Part shown: positions 40,503 to 53,819 of the stretch, one piece after another
Layout of the letters: every line of letters begins with the position of its first letter
Position numbering within the stretch: the first letter of the stretch is position 1
From: Nymphaea colorata
Lineage: Eukaryota
NCBI RefSeq assembly: GCF_008831285.2
Contig: NC_045138.2
Span: forward strand, 15,004,001 to 15,068,000
DNA length: 64,000 nt
Direction: 5' to 3'
Translations under genes and position numbers: made by a program
The notes under the pieces: generated by a model
What the model saw: only the letters and a program-made list of their open reading frames with translations
The model's database searches: none
Told to the model about the DNA's origin: nothing

Positions 40503-42537
40503 TAATTAAAATCAAATTTAGATTGAAAATCATTTTTATATATAGAATTTACAGATTTCTCCAATCAAAGTTTAGACTGAACAGTCCTCAGCACACCACT
40601 CGATACAATGTACATGTACACTCATTTTCTCTTTTTGACTAGTGTACATACATGGCAAGTGTAAAACAAATTTAATAGCCCATGCTTGAGAAAATCAGAA
40701 TAATAACAGTGCATCTATTAATTCTCCAACCAGCCACTCACCCCCAACTTCCAAAATAAAATTGCAAAATAAAATTCATCTTGACTTTAAAAATAAAAAA
40801 TAAAAAAAGAGGGCAAGGATTTCTAATTTCTTCCCAAATCTTTTCATTCAAAACTTTTAGACTAAAAGTAAGTAAAGGAACATCAATGGCTCAGCTTGCC
40901 CGTTTGATAAAATCAATTAGAAGTGCTCTTTTCCTCTATTTTGCTCAAGCAAACTACACTATAAACTAAAGTTACCTGACAATTATGTGTGCTAAAATTA
41001 AAATATGGAAAAGAATATCTTCTTTTTTTCCTTTTAGTTTAGCAAGTCACCACCAATGGAGCCAATGCCTCCATCATATCATCGAGTTGTCGCAGTCAGC
41101 CTACTAATTAAATGTAGAAGACTTTATAAGAAAAAAAAAAGATAAAAAGAGAAACTCAACACTACTGAAGAAGAGGTAATCTAGATAGACAAATATTGCT
41201 CCATATATATTTTTCCAACCTACAAGTCATTTCTTTGCTATTGAAATGAGAGTGTGCGAAGGACAAGAAATCATAAACAACTTTTAACAAACAAACATGA
41301 TGAGCCGGTCAAGTAGTTTACAAGATGAGAGCACTAAAACATGGCCTTTTTAAGCCTATCAGATTAATTTGGCAGACACTAAATCAGTTGTTTTCTTGCG
41401 ATTCATTGTTGCAGCAGACTCGAAACCAGATTTTCTTTTTCCTTTCTCAACTATCAAATCAATTAATCATATCGCCTTAAATTAAGGAGTTGTTATTAAG
41501 GAGCACAATGTTTGGTGATTGACATATATTTTGTCCACATGAGAAACTAGATCAATCAACACAGCTCTTTCCATATATCAATGTCTTAGACACTAATTTA
41601 TTGAACTATGTCATTCAAAGTTCTCTAGTTGTAACTTTCAGTCTGAGGTTTCTTTGTTGGTGAATTGATTCATGTACCTAAATTACATACCAGCTAGAAG
41701 CATCTGGTGTTGGCTTTTTATAAGTTTTTGGGCAGATCTAGGCCAGTTATTGTTACATGATAGAGTTTTAGATTGTCTTATTTAAGAGTTTCATATGAGG
41801 GAGAAGCTTTGGAAAAGCTGGAAGAAAAAGGTGAGGGAATATCAGTACATGGAAAGAGAAACAGAGAGACAGAAATCATTTCTTAGAAACTCCCTTCTCG
41901 ACAACATACATGAAGAAAACTTTCTGGCTTCCATCAGTATAATTTGGTCGACGGACAACAAATGGTAATGTTAACCTATTTTTTGTAAGAATACTTCTTA
42001 TTGTCGTTATTCATATAGCATTGTACCTCCACAAAGGATAACATGGATTGAATATTGTTTGAAAGAGTAAATGAAAATTTCCATTCCCATTCACGTGCCT
42101 TAAGATCTAGTTTGGCGTACAATTGCAGCGAGTTCAAGTCGAGCTCGTTAGCTCGATTCATTGAAGAGCCCTACTTGGATAAAAATTTGTAAATTTCAGG
42201 TTCAATAGAAAAGCGTTTGACCTTGAGTGCCATAGCGAATACACATTAGAAGCATTAACAGTAGATCTCCCGCCATGACGGATGGGTGCCGCCACACATA
42301 AGATGAACATCGGAGATACGATGAGCACCGAAGAAGAGGAGAGAATTCAAGAGACTTTTTGTCTCGCCCGTACGTCCTCCATTCAAACACCACATTATCC
42401 TTGATGAAAACCCACTAAAATGTATGGGTTTTTTCCATTTTATTTCACACCTTTGAAGTCCACCGTAAGCCTAAGCCCACCTTAATAAAACAAGTAAACA
42501 TATAGATATAGATATATAGCAAAATTGAATGGTGACT

Positions 42538-43818
42538 CTATAAGGTGGGTTGCTGCTGTACAGTAGTACCCTTGGGCTTGGCCTTGTTTTGTTTGTACTC
42601 TCCAAACAGGTAAGAAAAGAGACCCCAAATAGACAGGATCACAGCAAACCCCTTCTCTGCACTGAAGGCCTCATGAAAAAATATCACAGGCGATGCAACG
42701 TTTGCTGGAATGAGTGCAGTCGTGCAGATCCCAGTCACCAATGAGCTTGTCAAGAAAATGAACCCGCAGACCCCTCAAAGTTCATCTGCCATGAAATTGC
42801 CCCAAGCACCAAACACAGCCAATACTTCAGCTGCCTAAGACCAAATCCTTCTGCTTCTGCCATGATCTTCTTGAAATCCCCACACACAGCCATACCCAAA
42901 CAAGAAAATGTACTGGCAGTGGCCTGAATCACAATCTGGGTCTCCAACACAAGGCTGAAACTTACTGCCACCTGCTTCTTCCTGAAATGGTCGTTCAGTA
43001 GCTCCAGCAATGGGAGGTACAGACCAAAGAGAACGGCAGTGATCATTGTGGACATAACTCCCATTGCATACTGGAAAGTGGTCACCCCTGCAGGAGTTTC
43101 ATGGCTACTGGTTATGCCCACAAGAGCAGAGCTCAACGTTAGCAGAATAATGCAGTTCAGTGTGGAAAAATTCATTGGTTGCTTGACGATCAAGCAGGCA
43201 AAGATTGTGGTGAAGGCCAGTTGAGAAGAAAGCAGCAAGGTGGCAATGGAAACTGGGATGTATGAGATCCCCCAAGCGTAGGTGAAGTTGTCAAACCCCA
43301 GACGCAGGCCCAGCAGGATGGTGCATGGCAACACCTTTGGAGTGAAGCAACTGAAAGGTCTATAACCAGATGAGGGGTTCATGTAGTGTGAGATTGCCAA
43401 AGGAATGAAGAGTACAGAGAAACCAGCGGATTGTGTTAGGCAAGAGATCCATCTCCTGCTTCCTCCATGCACAAAGTAAAGCCTTACTAGCAAGGCAGAC
43501 GAGACCTACCTACTGAGATGCATAAAGAGTCCACGTTTCAGTACTAAGCCACCAATCTTATTCTTGTTTCCTTGGGCCTCCTTCCCTTCTTGCTGCCCAT
43601 TGGCGCTCATGGCTGTAGGCAGCTTGTTCATCATCTCCACTGCAAAAAAACAAACAAAAATAACTGTCAAGTCCATGTCAGTTTCCCTTTCCTAGATGCA
43701 AAATTGAGATGAGAACAGAACTACGACATGACCCATTTTTCTTAACAACTTCTTCAAATGAACGGTATCCATGATCAGGATATTGGCCATTGTGGTGGTA
43801 GACGGGATGAACCTCCAT
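42538..43818 (-). pseudogene. Purine permease pseudogene 4 (full length, disrupted)
   Basis: Close paralog of 16047-17358. It has a 29-nt deletion (~43526) and a 1-nt deletion (~43505) with a stop between them, plus a further 1-nt deletion at ~42765. Confidence 0.9.
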
Positions 43819-45205
43819 GTCTGCTCTCCTGCTTCATCTTAAAGAGAAGAGCACTACTTTGGGATGGTTGGTTAGGGAAAGGGACATGACATGACGATTT
43901 GAACCGTGACTGATACAGACATGCACGTGGTAATGCAACAAACTCCTCGGGAACTAAAAAGATATATGATTTGCTAAGGAAATGAGGACTTTAAGATCAG
44001 TAAGGAAAGCTGGTAGCTGAAAGGATTGGAAATGAGCAATGAAAAAGAGAACTTACTCTGAAGAACAGTATGGAATGACTGATCATGGGGAGCATGAGAT
44101 TCAACCATGGCTACCTCTTTCTTCTCAGGCTGTGGAGGAAGAAGAGAAGGTATGCACAAGTTAATCACCTCAGCATATCGTTTTATACAAGTGGGTCGTG
44201 GGACCCTTTAGACCTGGATTACAGAAAAGCATGGAAAAAAGAAAGGAGCCTTTAGACCCTGACCACACCTCGTGCAGCACTAGCGGTAACAACTGTTAAG
44301 AGTCTGTTACCTAAAAGCAAAGGAATCTTGTCCTATGTAAAAATTTCCTTTTCACAAAGATCTAAATGTGAGATAATCGCTTTGAACCTGAAATTTTTCA
44401 GGTTTTCTTGAGATAATGTCGACAAGTTAGTGGCAGGTAAATGTAAAAATAGTATGTAACTATTCTAGATATATAGCATAAAAATGTGCAGCAAACTTTT
44501 CCATACTACAGCAGAATAATAACAGATTACCGGATATCTATTTTGGCGCATTATTGATGTTTCTAAGGCATGCACTAGTTTCGAAAAAGTGTGCCTCCAC
44601 GGTCCTATATTGACTGAAAAAATATCAACGTGAACTCGGGCTTAATTAGATAACTGGTTGGTTAACTTGGTCAACAAAGTATTCATTAATCTAATTCTGA
44701 AGCAACTCTGCAGGGGGTAGTTCCCTATCTAATTAATGTAGGGCGTTTTTAACATGGTTTATTTATCAATCTAATTGGCTTTAATCACATTAGAGGAATC
44801 ATAACTTTCAAATTTTGGCAACATCATGAGGTACCCTTCAAGGTTGTCCTAATAATCAAACAAGTAACTTCTTCTATCTCTCTGTCGATATGTATAATGG
44901 CGAAGATATTATCTTATTGCTTTGCAACCTTAAATAGCATAAATATGAGGCTGCAGTGGAAAATTTTCCAGGCAATGTTTGACATATCGAGGTCCATGTC
45001 GAGGTCCATTAAAGGCGAATGTTTGTTATTTTCCTGGTTGGCGACAAGCTTTACTCTCCTCAGATATTAAATGACTAATGTATGAACAGGGAAAAGGCAA
45101 AGGTTAAAGTTAGCTTCAATTTGCACTCTATCTACTTCTTATTGCTTAATTATGGAGAATCTTGTGTCACGAATGTTATTTCATCAAATGAACATTATGA
45201 CTTTC

Positions 45206-45304
45206 TTAATGTCTGGTTTTTCAAATCTGAAAATCCCTTTAATGTCTGGTTTTTCAAATCTGAAAATCCCTTTAATGTCTGGTTTTTCAAATCTGAAAAT
45301 CCCT
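45206..45304 (+). repeat. Three perfect 33-bp tandem copies (ttaatgtctggtttttcaaatctgaaaatccct)
   Basis: Directly visible; absent from the paralogous promoter near 18735. Confidence 0.95.
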
Positions 45305-46886
45305 TCGTCCAAAGGACATAGTGTAGGTGGTTAAATTAATGGGCCGGTGAAGAGATGGTAGTCAGTGTGATTCTCATAGATGTTATTTCTTTAAACTGTA
45401 AATGGTGGATGTGCAACGTTCTAATTGATAGGTGATTTGCTTCCTACCAAGTCTTGAAACAGCATGAACCCTATGGGCTAGGGAAAAAGTGAGGGGCTTC
45501 GGGCTTTTCGAGCTCTCTGTCAAAATTAGAAATCTATGTGTATGGTTCCGGTGAACTTGGGCTGCAGAATTGTCCTTCCATTAATAAAAAAAAAATATAA
45601 ATTCATTTGCATGTTTAGCTTCAAGATGTACACATCAAACTCTCACTAGATGGTGACATACAGTTTAGCCTTACATAAGGGGACATCATCCTCATCTTTT
45701 TCTCTATCACTCTCTTCCCTCTTTCTTTCCCTCTCAAGTGACCGCCCAGTGGTGTGGTGTGGCAATTGTTGCTGTCACTTGAGGATCCGACCCATCCACA
45801 AGCGAAGCCAGAATTTTTGTTTTGGTAGGGGCATTCATTCAATATCTTTAATTTCTTTGGGGCACTTACATGTATAACAATCAAATATATGAAAATATTA
45901 ACATATATATTAAACTAATTTTATGAGACTGTGGGCAACTGCCCACACCAGCCACCATGTGCTACGCCATTGAACCCATCTCAGGTAGGACGCCCACCCA
46001 CCCCACTCGTCTTGGATGGGTGGGCAGGAAAATTCCACCCATGATCATGGGTGGACAAAGGGGAGCCCTGGCGCTTCCCTCCTTCCCTCCATCAAAGCCT
46101 AGTTCCGCAGTGGGTTCCAGCAGGCCTCCCTGGTGGTGGAAACAGATGAAAACAAATAAAAAAAAATGGTTTTGATTTGATGTATGATCTTGAATGGTGC
46201 AATCATTCAAATGTGTATATATATATATATATATATTCTTTAGCAATTTAACTGTAGCTAATTGAATTTACTGCCGGTCCCGTTATTAGTGGTATGATCG
46301 TTCGTTTGAATTCGGTCAATTTTGTTGTTCTAATATTTAATGTGTTACAAAGTCGGGGTGGGATCTGATCTTTAAGAAAGATATTGGCTGGTTGGCGCCT
46401 AATCGATCGTACGATCACAATTAGGTTAAAAAAAAAAATAGAAGAGCACATTTGTTGAATGAAAGTTAAAAAAAAAAAAAGTCGACACCCACCCAGAGGC
46501 TACTTCTCTCCTCGTCCATTCAGTTGCTTCTATTCCACCGCTTTTTATGTTTTTTTCTTTCCTCTCTCTGAAAGATCTTAATTGCCGTGATATATTTTTC
46601 CAGATTGGTCAACTGCCTAAACTTTTCTGGGTCTTCAAGCATTCCCTGAGATTTGTTAATTTACTAATAAAACACTTCACACGAGGGCACTTGATAGGCT
46701 CGGATCTAAAATCCCACTTTGGATTTGCTCAGAGATGCAGGTTCTATCAAACAATACAAACATGTGATCTGTGCGTGCGAGCTTGTGTTGGCAGAGTTGC
46801 CCATGCAAACCCACAAAACAAAAGATGTTTGTTTTACATTGATATCTCATGGCTATTTTTTTGCTGCCTCAGGTGTTGCCTTTAAA

Positions 46887-48114
46887 CTAGAAATTTTGGT
46901 TCGGCCCTTGGATGTAGGGCTGTTCATGAGCCAGTTTGAGCTGAGTTCTAGCACACTGGAGTTCGATTTCACTTGGATATTGCATTTTATATATATATAT
47001 TTTTCGAACTGAACCAAGTTTAACCAAGGCCAAATCTTTTGACAACGAAAAAACAGTCGAAGGAAAAACAAAGAAAGCCAACACACATTCAAACAGGAAA
47101 GGAACGGCAGAGGTGTTCCCCCGGCGCCATTCCATCCCTTTCCTGTTTATTTCCACATGACACGCGTAAACCAAAACACGATCGAGAAAAGCATTATTGA
47201 AAGGACTGCTCAACAACCATCTATTTGAAGGTGATAATCTTTTCACTTCTTGCAGATCATTCCGCGGCCATCGAAGCCAGTCTTGCACTTCACCAATGAC
47301 CAGTTGATCAACCGCGTCGTCCCATCCAGTGACCTATAGTTATCACTAACTTATCAGTATGACATAACATGACTTCATCCAGTTCGGAAACGCCTTCAAG
47401 TACCATCCATTGAACTCATGAACCTCCATGATCACTTGAAGGGGAGAGAGAGAGTGTTTACCTTCTTGGCACCAACGAAGAGTTTGTGATTACCGAAGAG
47501 GACTCCAATCGATTGAACCCAAGTCAAGGCGAGTTTCATGCCATCGCCTCTCCTGCCGATGGAGCGGCCATTGACGTGGATGTTGGTATCAGTGACCAAG
47601 CAGAAGTCCTTGTCCTTCTTGCCGTGAAAGTAGAAGGTGATTCCATCCCCACCCACGAAACGCGGATCCTCGCACACTGCACCAGGCCTATCGCAATCTG
47701 CAGATCAGATAAAGGGAATTAATATTGGGAACACATCATACTGTATGGAAGTGCAGATGACCATATGGGGAAAATAAAGAGCATGAGACCAGATTTTCTG
47801 AACGATGATGGGTCTGGTCTCACTTGGGCGCCAGCCAAAGTAATGGATTTTTATGAAGAAAAATTAGGGCAGTAAGGATAGTTACCGCAAACAGCCTTGC
47901 AGATTGTGCAATCCACTTTGCAAGTTTTGGGGCAGCTTAAAGGGATCGAGTAGCAAAGTTTGTAGTGCTTAACCGTGCACTTCACAATTTTGGGCAAACT
48001 GACGTTCTTGTCTGGCTTTATGACTACAGTTGCAGCTGCCAACTCTAAGCAGAGACAGCAGAGGAGCGGGAGAAGAAAGATCAAAGGAGCAGACCACGGC
48101 TTAGTGGAAGCCAT
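46887..48114 (-). pseudogene. Root-cap / LEA-related pseudogene, second copy
   Basis: Nearly identical to 20279-21506, including the 16-nt insertion. Confidence 0.82.
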
Positions 48115-48732
48115 GTTTTCTTGAAAAACGAACAGGAAGCGAGGATATCTGTGGTCAGATGCTTTGGTCCCTTTCAAGCGGATGAGTTGGGGATGCGGTG
48201 TGTTGCATCCTGCAAGCAAAGCTCGTACTCGACTCTTTTACCAACATTCCCATCACAATTTTTGTTTGTTTTAATTTTGAAAATTATGAAAAACAAATAT
48301 AACTTATATTAAACTAACTTACTTGAGTTTAATCAAGTCAAGTTCATCTAACTCAAACTCAACTCGTTTGCAATCTTGACTTTTCAGTTAACTTCAAGCT
48401 CGAATCGAGCTAATTAACCCAGCCAGTTCGAGTGGAGCTAGAGTTGCCTTTGGTGACTTGGGAATGTAATATTTGATGAACTTTTCAATCAAATAAACAA
48501 CCATGTTTTGAAAATATGCAACCCATCTAAATTGCAGCAGTATCACTAACTCCTTTTGTGCGCGCAGATATGTGTGCGCATGTGTTCCTTCTTTAGCGGT
48601 TTTGTTCTTTAATACAACCAAAGGAGGCCCCTAAATGATGTAGATTTGGTTGAAGGCATGCTTTAGAATGCGGTATTGATGCACTCAAAGTAAAATAATG
48701 CCTTTTATTTTTATGTTTGTTGTGGTTTACAG

Positions 48733-50651
48733 CATATGTTGCTGGCTCCCAAACTGGGTTGATACCAGAGACGGCATTTCGAATGGGTCAAACATTCGCC
48801 GGAAACTCGGCTCTAGATATAGAAGCTGAGGTGCAGCTCATGACCAAGAGATTGGAGGAACTTCGGGCCGACGGCGCAACGAAAGAGGCCGAGAGGTCTG
48901 CCATGAAGCACCTAGGCCTTCAAAGGTACATACAAAGTCCCATAAGCAAGTTGATCTGGTTGTAGGAGCACAATGATCATGCTTATAAAAAGCTGCATGC
49001 ATGTACATTTCTCAAGATAGCTTATGAATCTCCATGTACATTTTTCTACAGAGCAAAGCTGTCTGGCTGGCCAAACACTTACGTCTTCACAAAGGCCATG
49101 GGAGAGATGTTGATTGGAGAAAAAAGGGGAGATATACCAGTGGTGATCCTACGCCCTACAGTAATTGAGAGCACTTATTATGATCCTTTCCCCGGTCGGA
49201 TGGAAGGCACAAGGTATGTCTGCAACTGATACTCAGGCACCAATTAAATAATGGGCAAGCTGACAGAGGTTGAGAGTTCGGTGTCTGAGATAGTCTCTTG
49301 GCAAATCTGGTAGAGATGAACCCAACCCCAGCTTGCTAATTAAAACAAGCTTAATCTTAGTGTTCTCATTCATATGTGCAGAACTGTGGACAGCTTGCTG
49401 GTTAATTACTGCAAGCGGAAGCTTACCTCCTTTCTGGCTAATGGGGAGCTTATCCTTGATGTGATAAGATGTTTTTCATCTACATTTAGGACAAATGTCA
49501 GATAGACTTCAGTCTAATTGAATAACCAAAATCTACTCAATTACTTATCAAGTATAAATTCTGGAAAGATCTAGTACCATTGTTGCTATTACGTTAATGG
49601 GTCTAATAATCTGTTCTTGCAGATCCCAGGTGATATGGTGGTTAATTCCATGATTGTTAGCATGGCGGTGCACTCGGGTGATCGGGGTTCGCAGTTCATC
49701 TACCATGTCGGATCCTCTGTACAGAATCCTGTGAGGTATTCCAAGATAGTCGAGTGTGGCTACCGTTACTTCAAGGCCAACCCATGCTACGGGAAGGATG
49801 GGAAGCCCATCATCGTGAGAGAGGTCTCCCTCTTCAGCAACATGGAGAGATTCAGGAGATACATGGCTCTCTATCATAAGCTACCTCTAGGAGTATGTTT
49901 CACATTTTCTCCTTGATTTCTTCTTTCTTTCCCCGTCTTTCCTCCTAAGTTTCGCATCATATCCTCTTAAGCAGCGAGGCTTCAGTGCGCTTGCATGTGC
50001 ACATATGTGAAATTCGCAGCAGTTCATCCTTCAATTTGACTTCAAGAAAATATTGAACATTTTCTCAAGAAGCATGAGCACGCAGTAGCCAGTAAGTGGT
50101 CTGTCGCTAACAGAGCTTCAAGTAGCCATGCATTAACATGATCCATCTTCTTAAATCTATGGAGTATGGTGTCTTCCAACCAAGATATATAAATGGAGAT
50201 GATTGATTGTTTTTCTTCTTGGCTGTTGCTCTTATACTACGTTCATTCACATTTCCTTCATCAGGGGCTGCATTGGCAAACCAAGCGTTCTGCAAACTGT
50301 TTAACAGCACCTACAATAATTTGACAAGGAAATACAACTTTGTGATGTACTTGGCTGAGCTCTATGAGCCTTATGTTTTCTTCAAGGGAAGGTGAGGGAC
50401 TAATTGATTTAACTGGTCTTCCACAGATAAACTTGTTTAATGGTTCCATAAATATAATATATATGCCACTGAGGATTATGAATACTGAACTCTATGAATA
50501 CAGGTTTGACGACAAAAATTCGGATGTGTTGAGATCAAAGATCAATGACTCAGAAGCAAAATTGTTTGATTTTGATCCAAAATCGATCAACTGGGAGGAC
50601 TATATTATGAAGATCCACATCCCTGGGACTATCAAGTATGTTCTGAGGTGA
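48733..50651 (+). pseudogene. Fatty acyl-CoA reductase (FAR/CER4/MS2 family), 3' six exons: 48733-48925, 49052-49213, 49382-49463, 49623-49892, 50265-50391, 50504-50651
   Basis: Motifs [77 protein letters not shown]...HIPG. The 5' Rossmann-fold exons are missing, the donor at 49464 reads AT, and the 50265 exon is out of phase by 1 nt. Confidence 0.9.
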
Positions 50652-51035
50652 AAAGTCTTGAGGATAGCTGGAAGTGAAGTAGTTCTGCTGTCCCTCGCAA
50701 TCATGTTAACAAGCTGCCCTCTTTACTTTTCGGAACGAACTTCAGCCGCTGCATTAGAAACAAGGGTGAAGGAGCTACCTTAATTCTTAAGAATGTGAAG
50801 TAAATCTTATATTTGATCTTCAGACTCCATGTGACCATTCTTTACAAGTGCCAATATTATGTTTTTTCTCCTGAGATGAAGTTCTACTATGTCAGTTTCA
50901 AATAATTGCCTTGTATGTTTTGTTCCATATATATGTATTCATATATATAAGCTGGTATGAAGTTATTTTAGGGTGTCAAAAATATGTAAAAGTTTGAAGC
51001 TTTCCCTTTATACTTGAATGGATATATGTATAACA

Positions 51036-51038
<3 letters not shown>

Positions 51039-51099
<61 letters not shown>

Positions 51100-51118
51100 C
51101 GTGCGTGCGTGGGTGTGT
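51039..51118. repeat. Compound (CT)n(GT)n microsatellite
   Basis: Directly visible. Confidence 0.95.
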
Positions 51119-53819
51119 ACTGGCAGGGGCTAGCAGGGGACTTTACTTGTTTGTCACTTTGAGCAACATAATGATAGTGATATTTTCAGCGTAGATGGAA
51201 AATGTAGTGGCCTTTTCACGAACACGCTGTGTTCTCAATGTCATACATATAATGGACACACGATATTGTATATAGGAAACCTTCTTGGTTGTTTATGCTC
51301 CTTTAATTGAGCCATTACTTTTTAAGCGCTAACTTAACTCCCTAAAAGTGAACAACAGAAGCAAAAGCGAAGTGTAAATTAAAAACGATGCATATATTCT
51401 GTGACCAGGAGAAATGTAAAGGGCTTTTCCTAGAATTTCTTGAACTAGATGGCGCATTTAATAAATTGAGCAACGTAACAAATAAAAATTCATAATTAAA
51501 CTCTACAACTGCTCTCAAACGACTGGAATTAACCTAAACATTTGGCAGTGTTTCTCTCGCATATGCATTTTAACCAAGATCAGGTTTACCTCAACTCTTA
51601 CATACATGGACGTTTGCCGTCACAATTTAAAGATCTTGAGCCCTGATTGTGAACGTGAGGGAGAGAGAGAGAGAGTATACCATTGCCCAGGAGATGGACG
51701 GTGCCTTGCTAAGAAGAGAATCCCTGCAGTGTGACTTTATTGCAAGTATTAAAATATGCGATCCACCCAAAACTCCCGGGAGTTTTATTCCACATTTGAT
51801 GGAAGGTGGAACTTTGAACGTAGGATGGAAGTAAAGTTGTACTGCTACAATGAAATGCCGCCTGTTCAAATGCCCCTTTAGATATTGAACACCTCCTCTG
51901 TTGGATACGGTTTCTCAATGTGGAAGGAATTTGAAAACCAACCTACTGGTTGTTTAAACAGTAGATCAACAATCAATGCCGATGCTAAGATCACATCCGA
52001 GGCTACCAAATGCGCTCTTGCTGCATTGAGCAAGCTAGTCGCTGGAGCTCCCTTGCTTTATACTTTTTGATCATGACGCTGCAGCTGCTAACACTTCTTT
52101 TATCTCTTGATCGTTCCAGCTGATGTCTTCACTTGCTTTCTCAAACACTGTTGGGAACCTACTTACTTCTTTAGGCATTCGCCCTTGAGAATATCATGAA
52201 GTTGACTCTTTTAATGTGGGTTTGGAACAAACTGAATGGATTTGATTCGAGTGAGCTCCACCATGGGATCTAACCGGCTGAGATGTTGTTCCGGCGTGAC
52301 CTCTTTCCAGGAAACGAACAAATCAACACCAAATGATTCCCAATATTATACTGAGATTTAGATGCAAAATTAACTTCAATATATTATATCGAGTCAAAGA
52401 CCAGACCGGATCATGAGATGCCTTATTGTGAATGGATCTGGAGCATATAAACCGGAGACGGGGTACCGAACCGAGTACTGTGCTCCGGTCCAACCGCTGA
52501 AAGGCACGAAAACTCGAAAAGGACAGATTAGGGGAAACGAAGGGTTTTGCAGAAGCGCCGAGAGCGGTGACATGGTGAAGATTGGGGCCACGGAAGGCCC
52601 GAAGCAACTTGATGGTTGCACTGTTTCGATGTGAGTCTTTTTCCTTCTTCTTTTTGTTGGCGTTTTCTGCTTTGTTTTCTCTCTTTCCCGATTCGATGCT
52701 TAGATAGTTGGGGTTTTTGTTTGATGAAACAAACCCCTCTTTTCTTATGTTGGTCGCCTATTTGGGTTGTATTCATTCGATCCTGAACTGTTTTAGAGGC
52801 TTAAATTTTGCCTATAGTGAAAGGGTAATGCGTTTCTGCTTCTTTCAGCAGAAATAAACCTACTGGAACACTTTATCCAGTCTGTCTCCCATGTCCTCTG
52901 GTTATTTGTTTCTGCATCTGTTGAGGAAGGTTGCTTTCTTGAAAAAAAAAAAAAAAGCAAAAGGAACCTGCCCGGCGCATTTTGCCGGGCCTCTCTCCCA
53001 TTGTTCTCTGGCTGCCTGTTTCTGCATCTGTCCAGCTAGGTGGCTTCCTCTGAGACCAGTAGATGAAGAACTTCTATTTTCTTGGCGTTCATATTGATTG
53101 TTCCTTGATGGGTTCTTTGCGCACATCTTCTCTGAGCGAGATTCTATTAACTCAATTCATTTACATATCTTATCTGCTAACAATGGATTGTATCTTATCT
53201 GCTAACAATGGATTGTGTTTTATTGATGTAAAAAAGTAACTGATAACACCAAGCTGCCATGGGAAGCAACGAGTAATATAGTTTTCCATCACATTATTAA
53301 GTTTATTTCCTATCGAGCAAAACATAAAAATTGCAAAGAATGGAAAAAAGTGATATTTTTGTGCATTAGTACTCGGTTCTCAACCTCAATGAGCTGAACA
53401 TTCGCAAGTCTACCCATTTTACTTGGCCCTGTCTACAGGAGCAAGAGTTGTTAACTTGTTATCTTACCTTAATGAGCAGAATATTAAGACATGAAACACA
53501 TGGGCTTAGTCTGCCTATGCCTATAGTCCGCGAAACAGAAATCATTACCTGTGTCTGCCTGTTAGACTCTTTGTTTGCTTGAATCCTCCTCCTCAGCCTT
53601 CTTTTCTCTTTCTCCCCTTATAGAAAGTTTTAACTATAAACAAACTTCAGAGAAGCTGTCTGCCTTGAAGACTTATTATTATTTTGTTTGCTGTTCTTCA
53701 ATCTTTCTTTACTATAGGGTTGGGACCTTTTTGTAACTGTTGAGCTTGTTTGCTCGAGCAAGGGTCGGGCCGTTGCTAGGCTTGGGCCAGGAAAAACCTG
53801 GCCTAGGCACGGACCAGGC

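Larger units (their letters stand above)
35463..42159 (+). repeat. ~6.7-kb near-identical direct duplicate of 57330-64000
   Basis: ORF track entries are nearly identical at offset ~21840-21870; differences are mainly microsatellite lengths and a few SNPs. Confidence 0.95.
20307..42173. mobile_element. Giant non-autonomous hAT-bounded (Pack/macro) element, copy A, ~21.9 kb
   Basis: Left end TAGGGCTGTTCATGA; right end reverse complement TAGGGCTCTTCAATGA. Flanks are CTTGGATG (20299-20306) and CTTGGATA (42174-42181). A paralogous empty site lies at 13926-13933. Confidence 0.72.

Noticed and set aside
41735..41965. AG/GT-bounded exon-like relic (..LSGFHQYNLVDGQQM)
   Set aside because: Contains stops and cannot be assigned to a family.
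45206..45304. 33-bp repeats as a possible CRISPR array
   Set aside because: Head-to-tail with no spacers, in a eukaryotic context.
16047..50651. PUP + FAR + LRAT as a biosynthetic gene cluster
   Set aside because: The FAR is a truncated pseudogene inside TE-bounded cargo, and no other intact pathway enzymes are present.
51650..52640. Possible degraded gene fragments and a gtgagt donor at ~52630
   Set aside because: No recognisable protein motif; needs BLASTX.
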